A DNA stretch of 64,000 nucleotides from an uncultured Candidatus Saccharibacteria bacterium (GCA_964596395.1 CAZQSY010000001.1:108091-172090); one strand, 5' to 3'; shown: positions 18,818 to 27,628, counted from the stretch's first letter. The notes: a model not told the origin generated them from the letters alone. Translations and numbers: made by a program.

Positions 18818-21800
18818 TTATTTATTTTGGAGAATTTTTACCTTAAAAGCAAGGTCGCCTGCTTTTACTTCCTGGCCATCGTTTTTCTCCAGTTTCAAAT
18901 TTGACACAAGAACGGTCTTCAGCAGTTCCGGCTCAAATTTTTTCACCAGTTCTTCCCCATTCTTTTCTGTCTCAATATAAAGCGTTATCGAATCTTTCGG
19001 CGTAAGTCCCATATCTTTGCGCATGTCCTGCAAAGCCCGCACAAGCTCGCGAAAATCGCCTTCGGCTTTGAGTTCCGGAGTAATTTCCGTCCAGAGCAAG
19101 ATATTTTCGTCAATGTTGGTGCCCTCAACAACCTCTTTCACATTAAGTTCGTCTTTGACTAAATCAAGATATTCGCCGTCCAACTTTGAATCTTTCCATA
19201 TCTCTATTTTAGCTAACGGCTGCCTAACTTTTATTTTTTCATACTGCCGGCGCTCTAATCCGAGAGTGACTATCTTGCGAACTGTTTTCATTTTTTCCAA
19301 GACCTCTTTATCGCCAAACCGGAAAAACTTAAAACCTGCCTTAGGCCACTCGGCTAGATGCACACTTTCAGCTTCTTTTTCGTTTTTCAATTTCTGCCAG
19401 ATATCTTCAGCTGTAAACGGCGCGAAGGGAGCCAAGAGCTTCACTAAATTTTTCAAGACAAGATACAAGGTCTGTTTTGCTTCTTTGTCGCCTTCTTTCA
19501 TCCTATCCCTTGAGCGACGCAAATACCAAGTAGAAAGGTCTTCAATAAAATCCCGAACGCCCCGCACCGGCTCAAGTAATCTGTAATTTTCCAAACTTCG
19601 GGTAACAAGCTCGGTCAACTCGTCCATTCTCGCTAAAATCCATTTATCCAAAACATCGCCCGATTTCGGCTGGCTGTTTTTCTCGACCGAAGTGTCGCGG
19701 TAAAGTTCGTAGAACGCGAGAATATTGTAAAGCAGTCCGAAGACCTGCTGATGCAAGAGACGCACGGTTTTCTCGTCAAAATTTTTGGATTCGCCCGGCT
19801 GGTTGACTGAATACATCCATAGGCGAAGCGTATCAGCGCCGTATTTTTCTATCATTTCCCACGGGTCGACAATGTTGCCCAATGACTTCGACATTTTTTT
19901 GCCCTGCGCGTCGAGCAAATGCCCGAGGCAAATCACGTTTTTGTACGCCTTACCTCGGCCCATTAAAATCCCGACTGCGTGCAATGTGTAAAACCACCCG
20001 CGCGTCTGGTCTATGGCTTCAGAAATGTAATCGGCCGGGTATCCGGCACCTTCTACCCATTTCTTGCTTTCGAACGGGTAATGGTCCTGCGCGAAAGGCA
20101 TGGCACCCGAATCAAACCACACGTCCATCACTTCTTTCACTCGCTTTAAATCGCCCCCGCACTCGCAGACAACTTCCGTTTCGTCAATGTACGGTCTATG
20201 AAAATCAAGTTCGAAATCTTTATTGTGCGGAAGCGGAACAAAAGGAAACTCGGTAAATTCAGAGAATCCCACAGGCGGAATTGACGCTTCAAGTTCTCTG
20301 ATGGTTTCCTCGTCATTTAACCCAAGTGCACCAGCGACAATCAGTCTGCGTGGACCTTCGTGGGTAACGATGAGTATGTTTTCATTCTTGTATTTTTTGT
20401 CTATGTCGTAGAGAAAATTGGAAACTCTAAGTTTTACATCTCTCTGCGTTTCACTTCCATCCGTATCAAGAAAATATCTTTTTTCTCCGGTTTTATCCCC
20501 CCAAAATTCCCGCCATGTTCTACCCTTGAAACTGCCGGTGAATATCTCACGCAAACGTTTATCAAAAACAAGTTTGTCCTGCGGTAAGTCAAGCTCTTTC
20601 AAAATTATTTCCGCCGTCTCTTTGGTTCTCAAAAAATCTGAAGATATCATAAGAGTGATATCTTCTTTCCTCAGTTTCCGAGCCGAATCGAGTGCCTGCT
20701 TTTTACCCTCTTCGGTCAAATGGTCGTTGTCGCTTTCAATTTTGTTGCTTATGAGCCCCTTCAAATTCGCCTCGGCTTGCGCGTGTCGTATCGCGAAGTA
20801 TTTATTGCCGGATTTTTTGGTTTTTTCTTTCAGTTCTTCCAAACTGCCGATGACTTCTCTCTTATGGCATTTCTCGCATTCCCATACCGGAAGGGGCGTA
20901 CCCCAGTACCGCTCGCGCGAAATTGCCCAATCTTTAATCTCTCTTAGCCATTCGCCGAAGCGTCCTTCGCGTATGTGCGCCGGCTCCCAATTTATTTTCT
21001 CGTTTTCTTTTATGAGCTCATCCCTCAACTTTGACATTCCGATATACCAGGAATCGCGGGCGTAATATATGAGCGCGGTCTTACATCGCCAGCAGTACGG
21101 GTATGAGTGCTCGTATTTTTCTTTTTTCAAAAGTAGACCCCGGTGCGCCAAATCTTTGATAATCTCAACCGCGGTTTCTTCATCTCGGGTAAAACGCCCT
21201 TCCAGGAATCCTGTCCCCGACAGAAACTTTCCATCCAAACCTACCAGGTGATGCTTCGGCAGACCGATTTTCGTACCCAGCTCAAAGTCATCTTGGCCGT
21301 ACATCACGGCGGTATGCACCACACCGGTACCGTCTTCGGTCGTCACGAAATCAGCAGGATACACCTTGTATGCTTTTTCTAATTTAGGTTTCTCGCTTTC
21401 GGATATAACATTTTGCAAAAACGGATAAAGCGGCTCGTACTCAAGGCCGATTAAATTTTTTCCCTTTAGTTTTTCCAAAACCTGATACTCGCCTTGAATT
21501 TCCTGCAATCTTTTTTCCGCCAGTATTAAAACTTCATTTTCTTTTTTAATTTTTACGTAATCAATATCTTCCCCCACCGCGAGCGCGACGTTGCCCGGCA
21601 ACGTCCATGGTGTCGTCGTCCAAGCAAGAATGTAAAGCGGAGCCGCGGAATGATTTTCGAGTGTCTGGTTGAGGCCGTTCTTTGCCGAACTTTCTGCACG
21701 GCCGACCCGAGGACCGAGAAAATCATTCCGCGGCGAAGCGATAATTTTAAACTTTACGTAGACCGACAAGTCCTTCACATCCTGGTACCCCTGCGCGAGC

Positions 21801-22384
21801 TCGTGCGAAGAAAGAGCCGTGCCGCAACGCGGGCACCAGGGCACCACTTTGTAGTCCTTGTATAAAAGTCCCCGTTCGTTTACTTTCTTTACGATGTTCC
21901 AAAGCGATTCAATGTAGTCATTGTGATAAGTAACGTACGGATTCTCCTGGTCAACCCAATAGCCAATACGCTCGGTAAACTTGTTCCAGAATTCCAGATA
22001 CTCCCAAACGCTTTCTTTGCATTGCTGATTAAATTTCGCGATGCCATACTCCTCGATTGCTTTTTTTGAATCAAGCCCGAGCTTTTTCTCAACCTGCAGT
22101 TCCACCGGCAAGCCGTGCGTGTCCCACCCGCCTTTTCGGCGCACATGGCATCCGCGCATGGTCTTGTACCGAGGGATGGCATCTTTGAAAGCGCGAGCTT
22201 CGAGGTGGTGAATACCCGGCTTGCCATTGGCTGTCGGCGGGCCTTCATAAAAAACGAACTCCTTTCTGCCCTCGGTTTGCTTTACCGATTTTTCAAAAAT
22301 TTTATTCTCTTTCCAAAATTCCAAAATCCGTTCTTCACGTATCGTCGCTTCACATTTTTCGATTTTTTTGCTTTCCTCGTTCAT
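18818..22384 (-). CDS. ileS: Isoleucyl-tRNA synthetase with two insertions (31-aa repeat-element-derived segment; about 190-aa histidine phosphatase domain)
   Basis: HIGH-type motif PTANGKPGIHHLEAR, WTTTPWTLPGN (CP1 start), KMSKSLGNIVDP; 1188 aa, oversized because of the insertions. Confidence 0.95.
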   Translation of the reverse strand: MNEESKKIEKCEATIREERILEFWKENKIFEKSVKQTEGRKEFVFYEGPPTANGKPGIHHLEARAFKDAIPRYKTMRGCHVRRKGGWDTHGLPVELQVEKKLGLDSKKAIEEYGIAKFNQQCKESVWEYLEFWNKFTERIGYWVDQENPYVTYHNDYIESLWNIVKKVNERGLLYKDYKVVPWCPRCGTALSSHELAQGYQDVKDLSVYVKFKIIASPRNDFLGPRVGRAESSAKNGLNQTLENHSAAPLYILAWTTTPWTLPGNVALAVGEDIDYVKIKKENEVLILAEKRLQEIQGEYQVLEKLKGKNLIGLEYEPLYPFLQNVISESEKPKLEKAYKVYPADFVTTEDGTGVVHTAVMYGQDDFELGTKIGLPKHHLVGLDGKFLSGTGFLEGRFTRDEETAVEIIKDLAHRGLLLKKEKYEHSYPYCWRCKTALIYYARDSWYIGMSKLRDELIKENEKINWEPAHIREGRFGEWLREIKDWAISRERYWGTPLPVWECEKCHKREVIGSLEELKEKTKKSGNKYFAIRHAQAEANLKGLISNKIESDNDHLTEEGKKQALDSARKLRKEDITLMISSDFLRTKETAEIILKELDLPQDKLVFDKRLREIFTGSFKGRTWREFWGDKTGEKRYFLDTDGSETQRDVKLRVSNFLYDIDKKYKNENILIVTHEGPRRLIVAGALGLNDEETIRELEASIPPVGFSEFTEFPFVPLPHNKDFELDFHRPYIDETEVVCECGGDLKRVKEVMDVWFDSGAMPFAQDHYPFESKKWVEGAGYPADYISEAIDQTRGWFYTLHAVGILMGRGKAYKNVICLGHLLDAQGKKMSKSLGNIVDPWEMIEKYGADTLRLWMYSVNQPGESKNFDEKTVRLLHQQVFGLLYNILAFYELYRDTSVEKNSQPKSGDVLDKWILARMDELTELVTRSLENYRLLEPVRGVRDFIEDLSTWYLRRSRDRMKEGDKEAKQTLYLVLKNLVKLLAPFAPFTAEDIWQKLKNEKEAESVHLAEWPKAGFKFFRFGDKEVLEKMKTVRKIVTLGLERRQYEKIKVRQPLAKIEIWKDSKLDGEYLDLVKDELNVKEVVEGTNIDENILLWTEITPELKAEGDFRELVRALQDMRKDMGLTPKDSITLYIETEKNGEELVKKFEPELLKTVLVSNLKLEKNDGQEVKAGDLAFKVKILQNK
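21642..21734. repeat. Nested inverted-repeat element, copy C, inserted in frame (93 nt) in ileS
   Basis: Perfect 16-bp outer IR gccgcggaatgatttt (21642-21657) / aaaatcattccgcggc (21719-21734); core gagtgtctggttgag ... ggccgacccgaggaccgagaaaat matches the copy-A termini; on the minus strand it encodes SPRNDFLGPRVGRAESSAKNGLNQTLENHSAA. Confidence 0.65.
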
Positions 22385-22436
22385 GACTTTCTATTCTAAA
22401 ATTCTATAGAATATTAGAATACTTTTAGTGCTAAAA

Positions 22437-22600
22437 TTAAAAAACTCGTCCTCAAATTACAAAATAAATTTATAATTCAAGGACGAGTTTCCCCGTGGTA
22501 CCACCTTGTTTACTTCTCATTTTCCCGGGTTCTACTCTCCGAAAGGCAAGGCCTTTCGGGTTTCTTCCCGTAGCTCCAGAGTGATTACTCCTTCAACGCT
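22437..22600 (-). promoter_or_regulatory. T-box riboswitch leader (putative Ile specifier AUC) with intrinsic terminator, upstream of ileS
   Basis: Minus-strand RNA contains AACAAGGUGGUACCACGGGGAAA (T-box consensus GGUGGUACC), then the hairpin CUCGUCC...GGACGAG plus UUUUUU; a Stem-I-like region GGAGUAAUCACUCUGG has AUC followed by A; extended -10 TGTTATACT at about 22606-22614. Confidence 0.7.
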
Positions 22601-22620
22601 TGAAGAAAGTATAACACAAT

Positions 22621-24249
22621 TCACATCTTTTCCAATACCGGAATGCCCAAAACAGTAAGCCCGTTTTTCATAACGGTGGCAAAAGCATGGCTTAGGGCAA
22701 CTTTGTAGGGAGAGGACGGGTCTTCTGAATTAACGATTTGCTCTTTGCCGTAAAAGCTATTATACGCACGGGCAAGTTCTACCAAGTAACTAGCTATATA
22801 GTGGGGCGCGAATTCTTCCCCGGCTCTTAAGACAACCTCGGGAAAACGGTAAAGCAATCTTTCAACTTCCATCACCTGCCAATCTTGCGGAAGTCCGACT
22901 TCCGCAGAAATTTTATTTTCTTTCGCTTTTTCCAAAATAGAATTCGCGCGAGCGTAAGAGTACTGCAAATACACGCCCGAGTCGCCCTCGGTAGAAACCG
23001 ATTTTTCAATATCAAAAATTATATCCCCGCCCACGGCTTGTCGCAGAATCATGTACTTGATTGCGCCGATGGCCACCCGCTCGTCCCCTTTTACTTTTTC
23101 TTTGAGAAGATTAATCAAACTCTCGGCGGTAATAACATCGCCGGTGCGGGAACTCATCTTTCCCGTAGGTAGGCGAAGCATGCCGTGGGAAAGATGTTTT
23201 AGTTTTCCTTTGAGTTCTGGAAAAACCTCCCCGATGGCAACTTCGGTAACATCAAAAAAAGCATCCTGTTCGTTCGCGGTTATAGTTATTGACTGGTCGT
23301 AGGCGAATAAGTCCTTTTTGATTTTTGCCAGCCCGACTTCTTTGGCTTCGTAAGTGGGAAGTTTTTCGGAATTAAGAAATACTCTCGTATGCAAACCAAA
23401 TTTTTCACCCTCAAAAACAACAGCCCCTTCCGATTCTTTAAATACTTTACCTAGATTTTCTAAAACTAGTTTCTGTCCTATTTCCCCCGCTTCGCTTTCT
23501 AAAAAGTGGTGGTCGAAATGACTGTCTAGTTTTTTATAAATAGACTCAAAATATTCAAAAGAGGATTCCCTGCCAGCTTCAAATAAAAGGTTGATTTGTG
23601 AATCTGTGCCATCATAGATTTTTTTATTAATCTCAATGATTTCTTTCCTCGCACTTTCATCTTCCTCGTAAGCTTTATGACCATTGGCATACGCTACTAT
23701 AAAATTACCCGAGTGTTTCAAGAGATACCACACTGCTTTGGCCACATGCAAACCCTTGTCGCCATGATATGTGGCCGCCTTGACCTCCCCGCCACAAACT
23801 TTCACCAACCTCACTACCGCTTCGCCGATAGCATTGTTCATTAAATGCCCGATATGAAATTCTTTAAACGGGTTGGGCTGGGTGTGCTCTATAAAAAATT
23901 TCCTTCCGGAAAAAATATCACTCGCCCCAAAATTTCCATTTTCTGTAATTTTCTTTACGCTATCGGCAAAAAATTCTTTAGACAGATGAAAATTTATGAA
24001 CCCCGGCCCGGCAACTTGAATTTCCTGAATTTCGGGAAATCCACCCTGAGCTTGCCGAAGGGTCATTACGATTTTTTCCGCCAACTCTTTCGGATTCGTT
24101 TCTAGCTTTTTTGCCAGAACCATCGCTACGTTACTAGAGTAATCGCCGTTTTTGATATCTTCAGGGTGTTCAATGGCAAAATCCACATCTTCTTTTATTC
24201 CAAGATTTTTTAAAGCACTTTGTATTATTTCTTTTATCTTATCCTGCAT
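22621..24249 (-). CDS. argS: Arginyl-tRNA synthetase
   Basis: HIGH-type motif in FIEHTQPNPFKEFHIGHLMN; ArgRS N-terminal add-on and DALR-type anticodon-binding C-terminus; ORF track start 24273 overlaps dut, internal Met at 24249 chosen. Confidence 0.9.
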   Translation of the reverse strand: MQDKIKEIIQSALKNLGIKEDVDFAIEHPEDIKNGDYSSNVAMVLAKKLETNPKELAEKIVMTLRQAQGGFPEIQEIQVAGPGFINFHLSKEFFADSVKKITENGNFGASDIFSGRKFFIEHTQPNPFKEFHIGHLMNNAIGEAVVRLVKVCGGEVKAATYHGDKGLHVAKAVWYLLKHSGNFIVAYANGHKAYEEDESARKEIIEINKKIYDGTDSQINLLFEAGRESSFEYFESIYKKLDSHFDHHFLESEAGEIGQKLVLENLGKVFKESEGAVVFEGEKFGLHTRVFLNSEKLPTYEAKEVGLAKIKKDLFAYDQSITITANEQDAFFDVTEVAIGEVFPELKGKLKHLSHGMLRLPTGKMSSRTGDVITAESLINLLKEKVKGDERVAIGAIKYMILRQAVGGDIIFDIEKSVSTEGDSGVYLQYSYARANSILEKAKENKISAEVGLPQDWQVMEVERLLYRFPEVVLRAGEEFAPHYIASYLVELARAYNSFYGKEQIVNSEDPSSPYKVALSHAFATVMKNGLTVLGIPVLEKM

Positions 24250-24250
24250 T

Positions 24251-24673
24251 TCATTTTCTTCCGGTTGAACCAAACGCGCTCAAACCGCGAGAAGAATCTG
24301 AAAGTTCATCCGCTTCTTCAAGCTCGACAATTTCAACCGGATAAATTATCAACTGAGCCACTTTGTCTCCTATCTCGACAGTATAAGGCTTGTCGGATAA
24401 ATTAACTAGGTGAGTGTTGTACTCACCCCGAAACCCGGCATCGAAAACGCCGCCCATGGTGTGCAGTCCAGCTTTGGAAATACTGCTTTTATCTTTCACC
24501 ACAGCCGCGTAACCAGCCGGAAATTCAAGGGCGAAACCGTGGAAAAATCGATGGTGCCCCATCGGGGGGATGGTAACTTCTTCCATCGCATACATATCCA
24601 TACCTACATCTCCCGGATGGGCATATTTGGGCAACTTCGCGTCTTTATGCAATTTTTTTACTTTGATTTTCAT
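24251..24673 (-). CDS. dut: dUTP diphosphatase
   Basis: dUTPase motifs: AGYAAVVKDKSSISKAGL, GVFDAGFRGE, C-terminal RGLSAFGSTG. Confidence 0.85.
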   Translation of the reverse strand: MKIKVKKLHKDAKLPKYAHPGDVGMDMYAMEEVTIPPMGHHRFFHGFALEFPAGYAAVVKDKSSISKAGLHTMGGVFDAGFRGEYNTHLVNLSDKPYTVEIGDKVAQLIIYPVEIVELEEADELSDSSRGLSAFGSTGRK

Positions 24674-25149
24674 TTAAAAAATTCTTCGGGATAAAATTTG
24701 AAACTGGGTATAAATATTTCCGGTTTTTCTTTCAGTAGCTTCTTAAACTCTTCCACAGAAAACCATTTTACCTGTTCAACTTCGTCATCTTTTTTTACGA
24801 AGGGATAATCATGAGCGACTTTGGCGAAAAACCACTGTGCAAAGTATTCGTGGCCGGCCGATATCCTGACTTTTGAGCCAAGGGTAAATTTCACTCCAGT
24901 CAAACCTATTTCTTCTTTCGCTTCTTTTATTATATTAGATTCATATGTCTCACCTTCCTCCACAGTACCGGCAACCGCAGGCCCCCAGAGACCCGGGTCA
25001 TGTTTCTTGTTGAAAGCCCTTTGCGCAAGCAAAACATTCCCCTCATGGTCGGCAAGCCACAAACCACTAACACGAGAAACACCTTTCTTGTCTTTTCTAT
25101 CTTTGTACCCTATTATTTCATCCTGCTCGTTTACAATCGGAATTTTCAT
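24670..25149 (-). CDS. NUDIX hydrolase
   Basis: Nudix box GTVEEGETYESNIIKEAKEEIGL; start set at internal Met (MKIPIVNEQ) to avoid an 86-nt overlap with tmk. Confidence 0.75.
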   Translation of the reverse strand: MKIPIVNEQDEIIGYKDRKDKKGVSRVSGLWLADHEGNVLLAQRAFNKKHDPGLWGPAVAGTVEEGETYESNIIKEAKEEIGLTGVKFTLGSKVRISAGHEYFAQWFFAKVAHDYPFVKKDDEVEQVKWFSVEEFKKLLKEKPEIFIPSFKFYPEEFFK

Positions 25150-25153
25150 AAAG

Positions 25154-25858
25154 CTATTTAAGTACTTTCTTGACTTTTGCGTAGACTTTTTCGTGCACTT
25201 CTTCACGGGATAAAATCTTTCCTCCCTTGGAGCATTCAACTTTCACAAAATTCGGGATTTGTTTTGAAAGCCATAGCGCGCTATTGCGGGAATTTACCAA
25301 ATGACTTACATCTGCTTCGTGTACATCTTTTTTCTTTTTCAAGTACGCTCTTTTCATCTTACTACTTTCTCTGTCTTTCAAAAGCTGCAAAACTATTTTT
25401 ATCGGGAGTGACAAGTAAAGCGTAATATCCGGCCTGGGAATTTTGAAAACTTCATATTCCATTTTATCCAGCCAATTCAGAAAATCATTCCTCTTTTTCG
25501 CGCTTTTTATTTTTCCTCCCTGATGAATTTGATTGGCCGAAACATATCTGTTGGCGATAACGACATATCCCTCCTGGAGCCATTTTTTAATCCCTTCACC
25601 TGATTCCCAGCGGTCAGCCGCGTACAAAACCGAAGCAATTTTGGGGTGCACGTGCAAGAATTTGTAATACTGCTCCGACAAACAATGCCCGATAAAAGCG
25701 CCGAAGAAATTTTTGTAATACTCGGGAAAATCCACAATTTTCACCATGTGTCCTTCCCGTTTCAGACGCCCGGAAAGCAAAGTGACCTGCGTATGCTTCC
25801 CGCTTCCGTCAGTGCCGTCTATGACTATCAATTTTCCTTTAGTCTTTTTCTTTGCCAC
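25154..25858 (-). CDS. tmk: Thymidylate kinase
   Basis: P-loop IVIDGTDGSGKHTQ, DRW/LID region. Confidence 0.9.
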   Translation of the reverse strand: MAKKKTKGKLIVIDGTDGSGKHTQVTLLSGRLKREGHMVKIVDFPEYYKNFFGAFIGHCLSEQYYKFLHVHPKIASVLYAADRWESGEGIKKWLQEGYVVIANRYVSANQIHQGGKIKSAKKRNDFLNWLDKMEYEVFKIPRPDITLYLSLPIKIVLQLLKDRESSKMKRAYLKKKKDVHEADVSHLVNSRNSALWLSKQIPNFVKVECSKGGKILSREEVHEKVYAKVKKVLK

Positions 25859-25902
25859 AAGAGAAATATAGCAGAAATAGATTCAAATTAAAAACGCAAT
25901 TT

Positions 25903-26517
25903 TTACACGGTAATTTTTTCCAAAACTTTCCTACAAGAACAACTGTATCCCAGTTGACAAATCGCTATTTCGTTAACAGATACCCGGATTGGAAATTCAA
26001 TTTTTAGATGCTCCGTATTTCCGTTCCCTAAAGTGATGTGTGGGTAAAAGTTGTCGCCGACTCGAGCATTTCTAAAATTTCTCACGTATTCTATGGAGCC
26101 GTCAGTTACCTCTGGCTCCACAAACATTTCTCGCACCGCGTCTTGACCTAAATTTACAGATTTCATCACTTCATAATGCAGTGCAAATAAACCACCTGTT
26201 TTCTCTACCGTCAAAATTGGAAATTTTAAACTGGTGTCAATTCCTGTTATGTGTACCTCCAGTGGTAAATATTTTTTTACTATCGGTTCAATTTTTTCCT
26301 TGACGGAAAAAATATTGTCTCTTTCGATAGTTCCCATAAGAAGAGAGACGTGAGAAAAATATACCTTATTATCTATAATATAGGGTTTCATATTATTAGT
26401 GCGAATCAAGCTAGCACTTAAGTCACACACAAACGCGCCAATTTTCTCCGGCAAAAATAGAGCTATATCTATGGCAACTTTGGTGCTCATTTTGTTATTG
26501 GCTTTGTATTTTAGCAT
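25903..26517 (-). CDS. 2H-phosphoesterase (LigT/ThpR-like) family protein
   Basis: Two H-x-T/S-x motifs (HVSLL and HITLG) at the spacing typical of 2',5'-RNA ligase-type 2H enzymes. Confidence 0.55.
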   Translation of the reverse strand: MLKYKANNKMSTKVAIDIALFLPEKIGAFVCDLSASLIRTNNMKPYIIDNKVYFSHVSLLMGTIERDNIFSVKEKIEPIVKKYLPLEVHITGIDTSLKFPILTVEKTGGLFALHYEVMKSVNLGQDAVREMFVEPEVTDGSIEYVRNFRNARVGDNFYPHITLGNGNTEHLKIEFPIRVSVNEIAICQLGYSCSCRKVLEKITV

Positions 26518-26550
26518 ATTTCTGACCGATTGTTATGTTTTTCAAATTGG

Positions 26551-26578
26551 GACATTCTCTGCCATGGCAGAATTTGTC
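26551..26578. promoter_or_regulatory. Composite palindrome gacattc-TCTGCCATGGCAGA-atttgtc upstream of PaaX-like regulator gene 1
   Basis: 14-bp perfect palindrome 26559-26572 with partially complementary flanks; lies in the divergent promoter region between the ligT-like gene and 26609..27088. Confidence 0.45.
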
Positions 26579-26608
26579 CTATTGTTGCTTTTTGGCTATA
26601 ATCAAACT

Positions 26609-27088
26609 ATGCCCATCGCAAGCGAAATACTAAAAGAACTGTGGAACACAGAGCTAAAATGCAAAGGAGCACCTGTGAACATTTTTGGCATTCCACGTTT
26701 TGGGAAATACCCTGTCGGGAGCATCCGAAGAACTATAGACCGTTTGAAGGAAAGAGGTGTGTTGGAAAAAGAATTAGGTGGGATTGTACTATCAAGACAC
26801 GGAATAAAATACGCGAGAAAAAAAATTGATTCACTGAAACAGTTTGAAAAACCGAAAGGGATTTCAAAAGAGAGAACTCTGCTTCTGATGTTTGATATAC
26901 CCACGGGAAAGAAAGGAGAAAGGGAGTGGTTGCGGTGGCACTTGAAAAAATTCAATTACACGATGGTTCAGAAAAGCGTCTGGGTTGGGCCATGGCCGTT
27001 ACCGAAAGATTTCAAGGAGTATTTGGCAAAAATAAAGCTGGACAAACACATTAAAATTTTCAAACTGGCCAAATCGTATGTAAAATGA
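26609..27088 (+). CDS. Small PaaX-like regulator (N-terminal wHTH-like region + C-terminal Cas2-fold-like/PaaX_C-like region), paralog 1
   Basis: Start set at MPIASEILKELW by alignment to paralog 34384..34866; shared motifs PVNIFGIPRF, MFDIPTGKKGEREWLRWHLKKFNYTMVQKSVWVGPWPLPKDF; C-terminal pattern resembles the PaaX C-terminal domain. Confidence 0.55.
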   Translation: MPIASEILKELWNTELKCKGAPVNIFGIPRFGKYPVGSIRRTIDRLKERGVLEKELGGIVLSRHGIKYARKKIDSLKQFEKPKGISKERTLLLMFDIPTGKKGEREWLRWHLKKFNYTMVQKSVWVGPWPLPKDFKEYLAKIKLDKHIKIFKLAKSYVK

Positions 27089-27118
27089 GACACTTTCTGC
27101 CATAGCAGAAAGTGTCTC
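27087..27118 (+). terminator. 14-bp perfect stem / 4-nt loop hairpin gagacactttctgc-cata-gcagaaagtgtctc followed by a U-run; related in sequence to the 26551-26578 palindrome
   Basis: Arms are exact reverse complements; starts at the stop codon of 26609..27088; followed by gtgtatttttta. Confidence 0.6.
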
Positions 27119-27131
27119 GGTGTATTTTTTA

Positions 27132-27605
27132 TTACTTCCCGGCCAGTTCTTCCAGCGCTTGAGTTGCGTAAAACAAAACATTCGGCCTCAAATCCATACT
27201 CTTTAATTCTTCCCGGGTCACCCAGCGAATTTCTGTGCGTTCATGTGCGTTTTGTGGCTCAGAAACTTTATCAGTATCCGAAGTGGCAAAATACACTAAA
27301 ACCACATGCTGGTGCGTGTCGTTCACATGATGAATATCCATATAACGCGGCGCAAAAAGGTGTCTGTATTTAAATTTATCATTAATCTCATCCGGCATAG
27401 GTTTAGAACCAGTTATTTTTATATCCAATCCCACCTCCTCTTTTGCCTCTCTTGATACCGCTTGGTTGGGTTCTTCGTCAAGCTCTACGTGGCCACCCAC
27501 AGAAAGCCAGATTTTATATTTATCGTGCTTGCGCAATAAAACTTTGTTTTTATGGACAATAAAAACTTCTACCGTAAAATCTATTTTTTCATGGATGTGG
27601 GGCAT
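27132..27605 (-). CDS. NUDIX hydrolase
   Basis: Nudix box GGHVELDEEPNQAVSREAKEEVGL. Confidence 0.8.
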   Translation of the reverse strand: MPHIHEKIDFTVEVFIVHKNKVLLRKHDKYKIWLSVGGHVELDEEPNQAVSREAKEEVGLDIKITGSKPMPDEINDKFKYRHLFAPRYMDIHHVNDTHQHVVLVYFATSDTDKVSEPQNAHERTEIRWVTREELKSMDLRPNVLFYATQALEELAGK

Positions 27606-27628
27606 GATCTCTTAATATTTCCTATTTC

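Noticed and set aside
21704-21725. Initial impression that gacccgaggaccgagaaaat inside ileS was a chance match to the ftsK-flanking repeat
   Set aside because: The idea of a chance match was rejected: the full element with both outer IRs and both core termini is present (see the finding at 21642-21734), so it is treated as a genuine third copy.
26399-26608. N-terminal 70-aa hydrophobic extension of ORF 26399..27088
   Set aside because: It overlaps the ligT-like gene on the other strand, is absent from the paralog 34384..34866, and runs over the promoter palindrome; the start was reassigned to Met at 26609.
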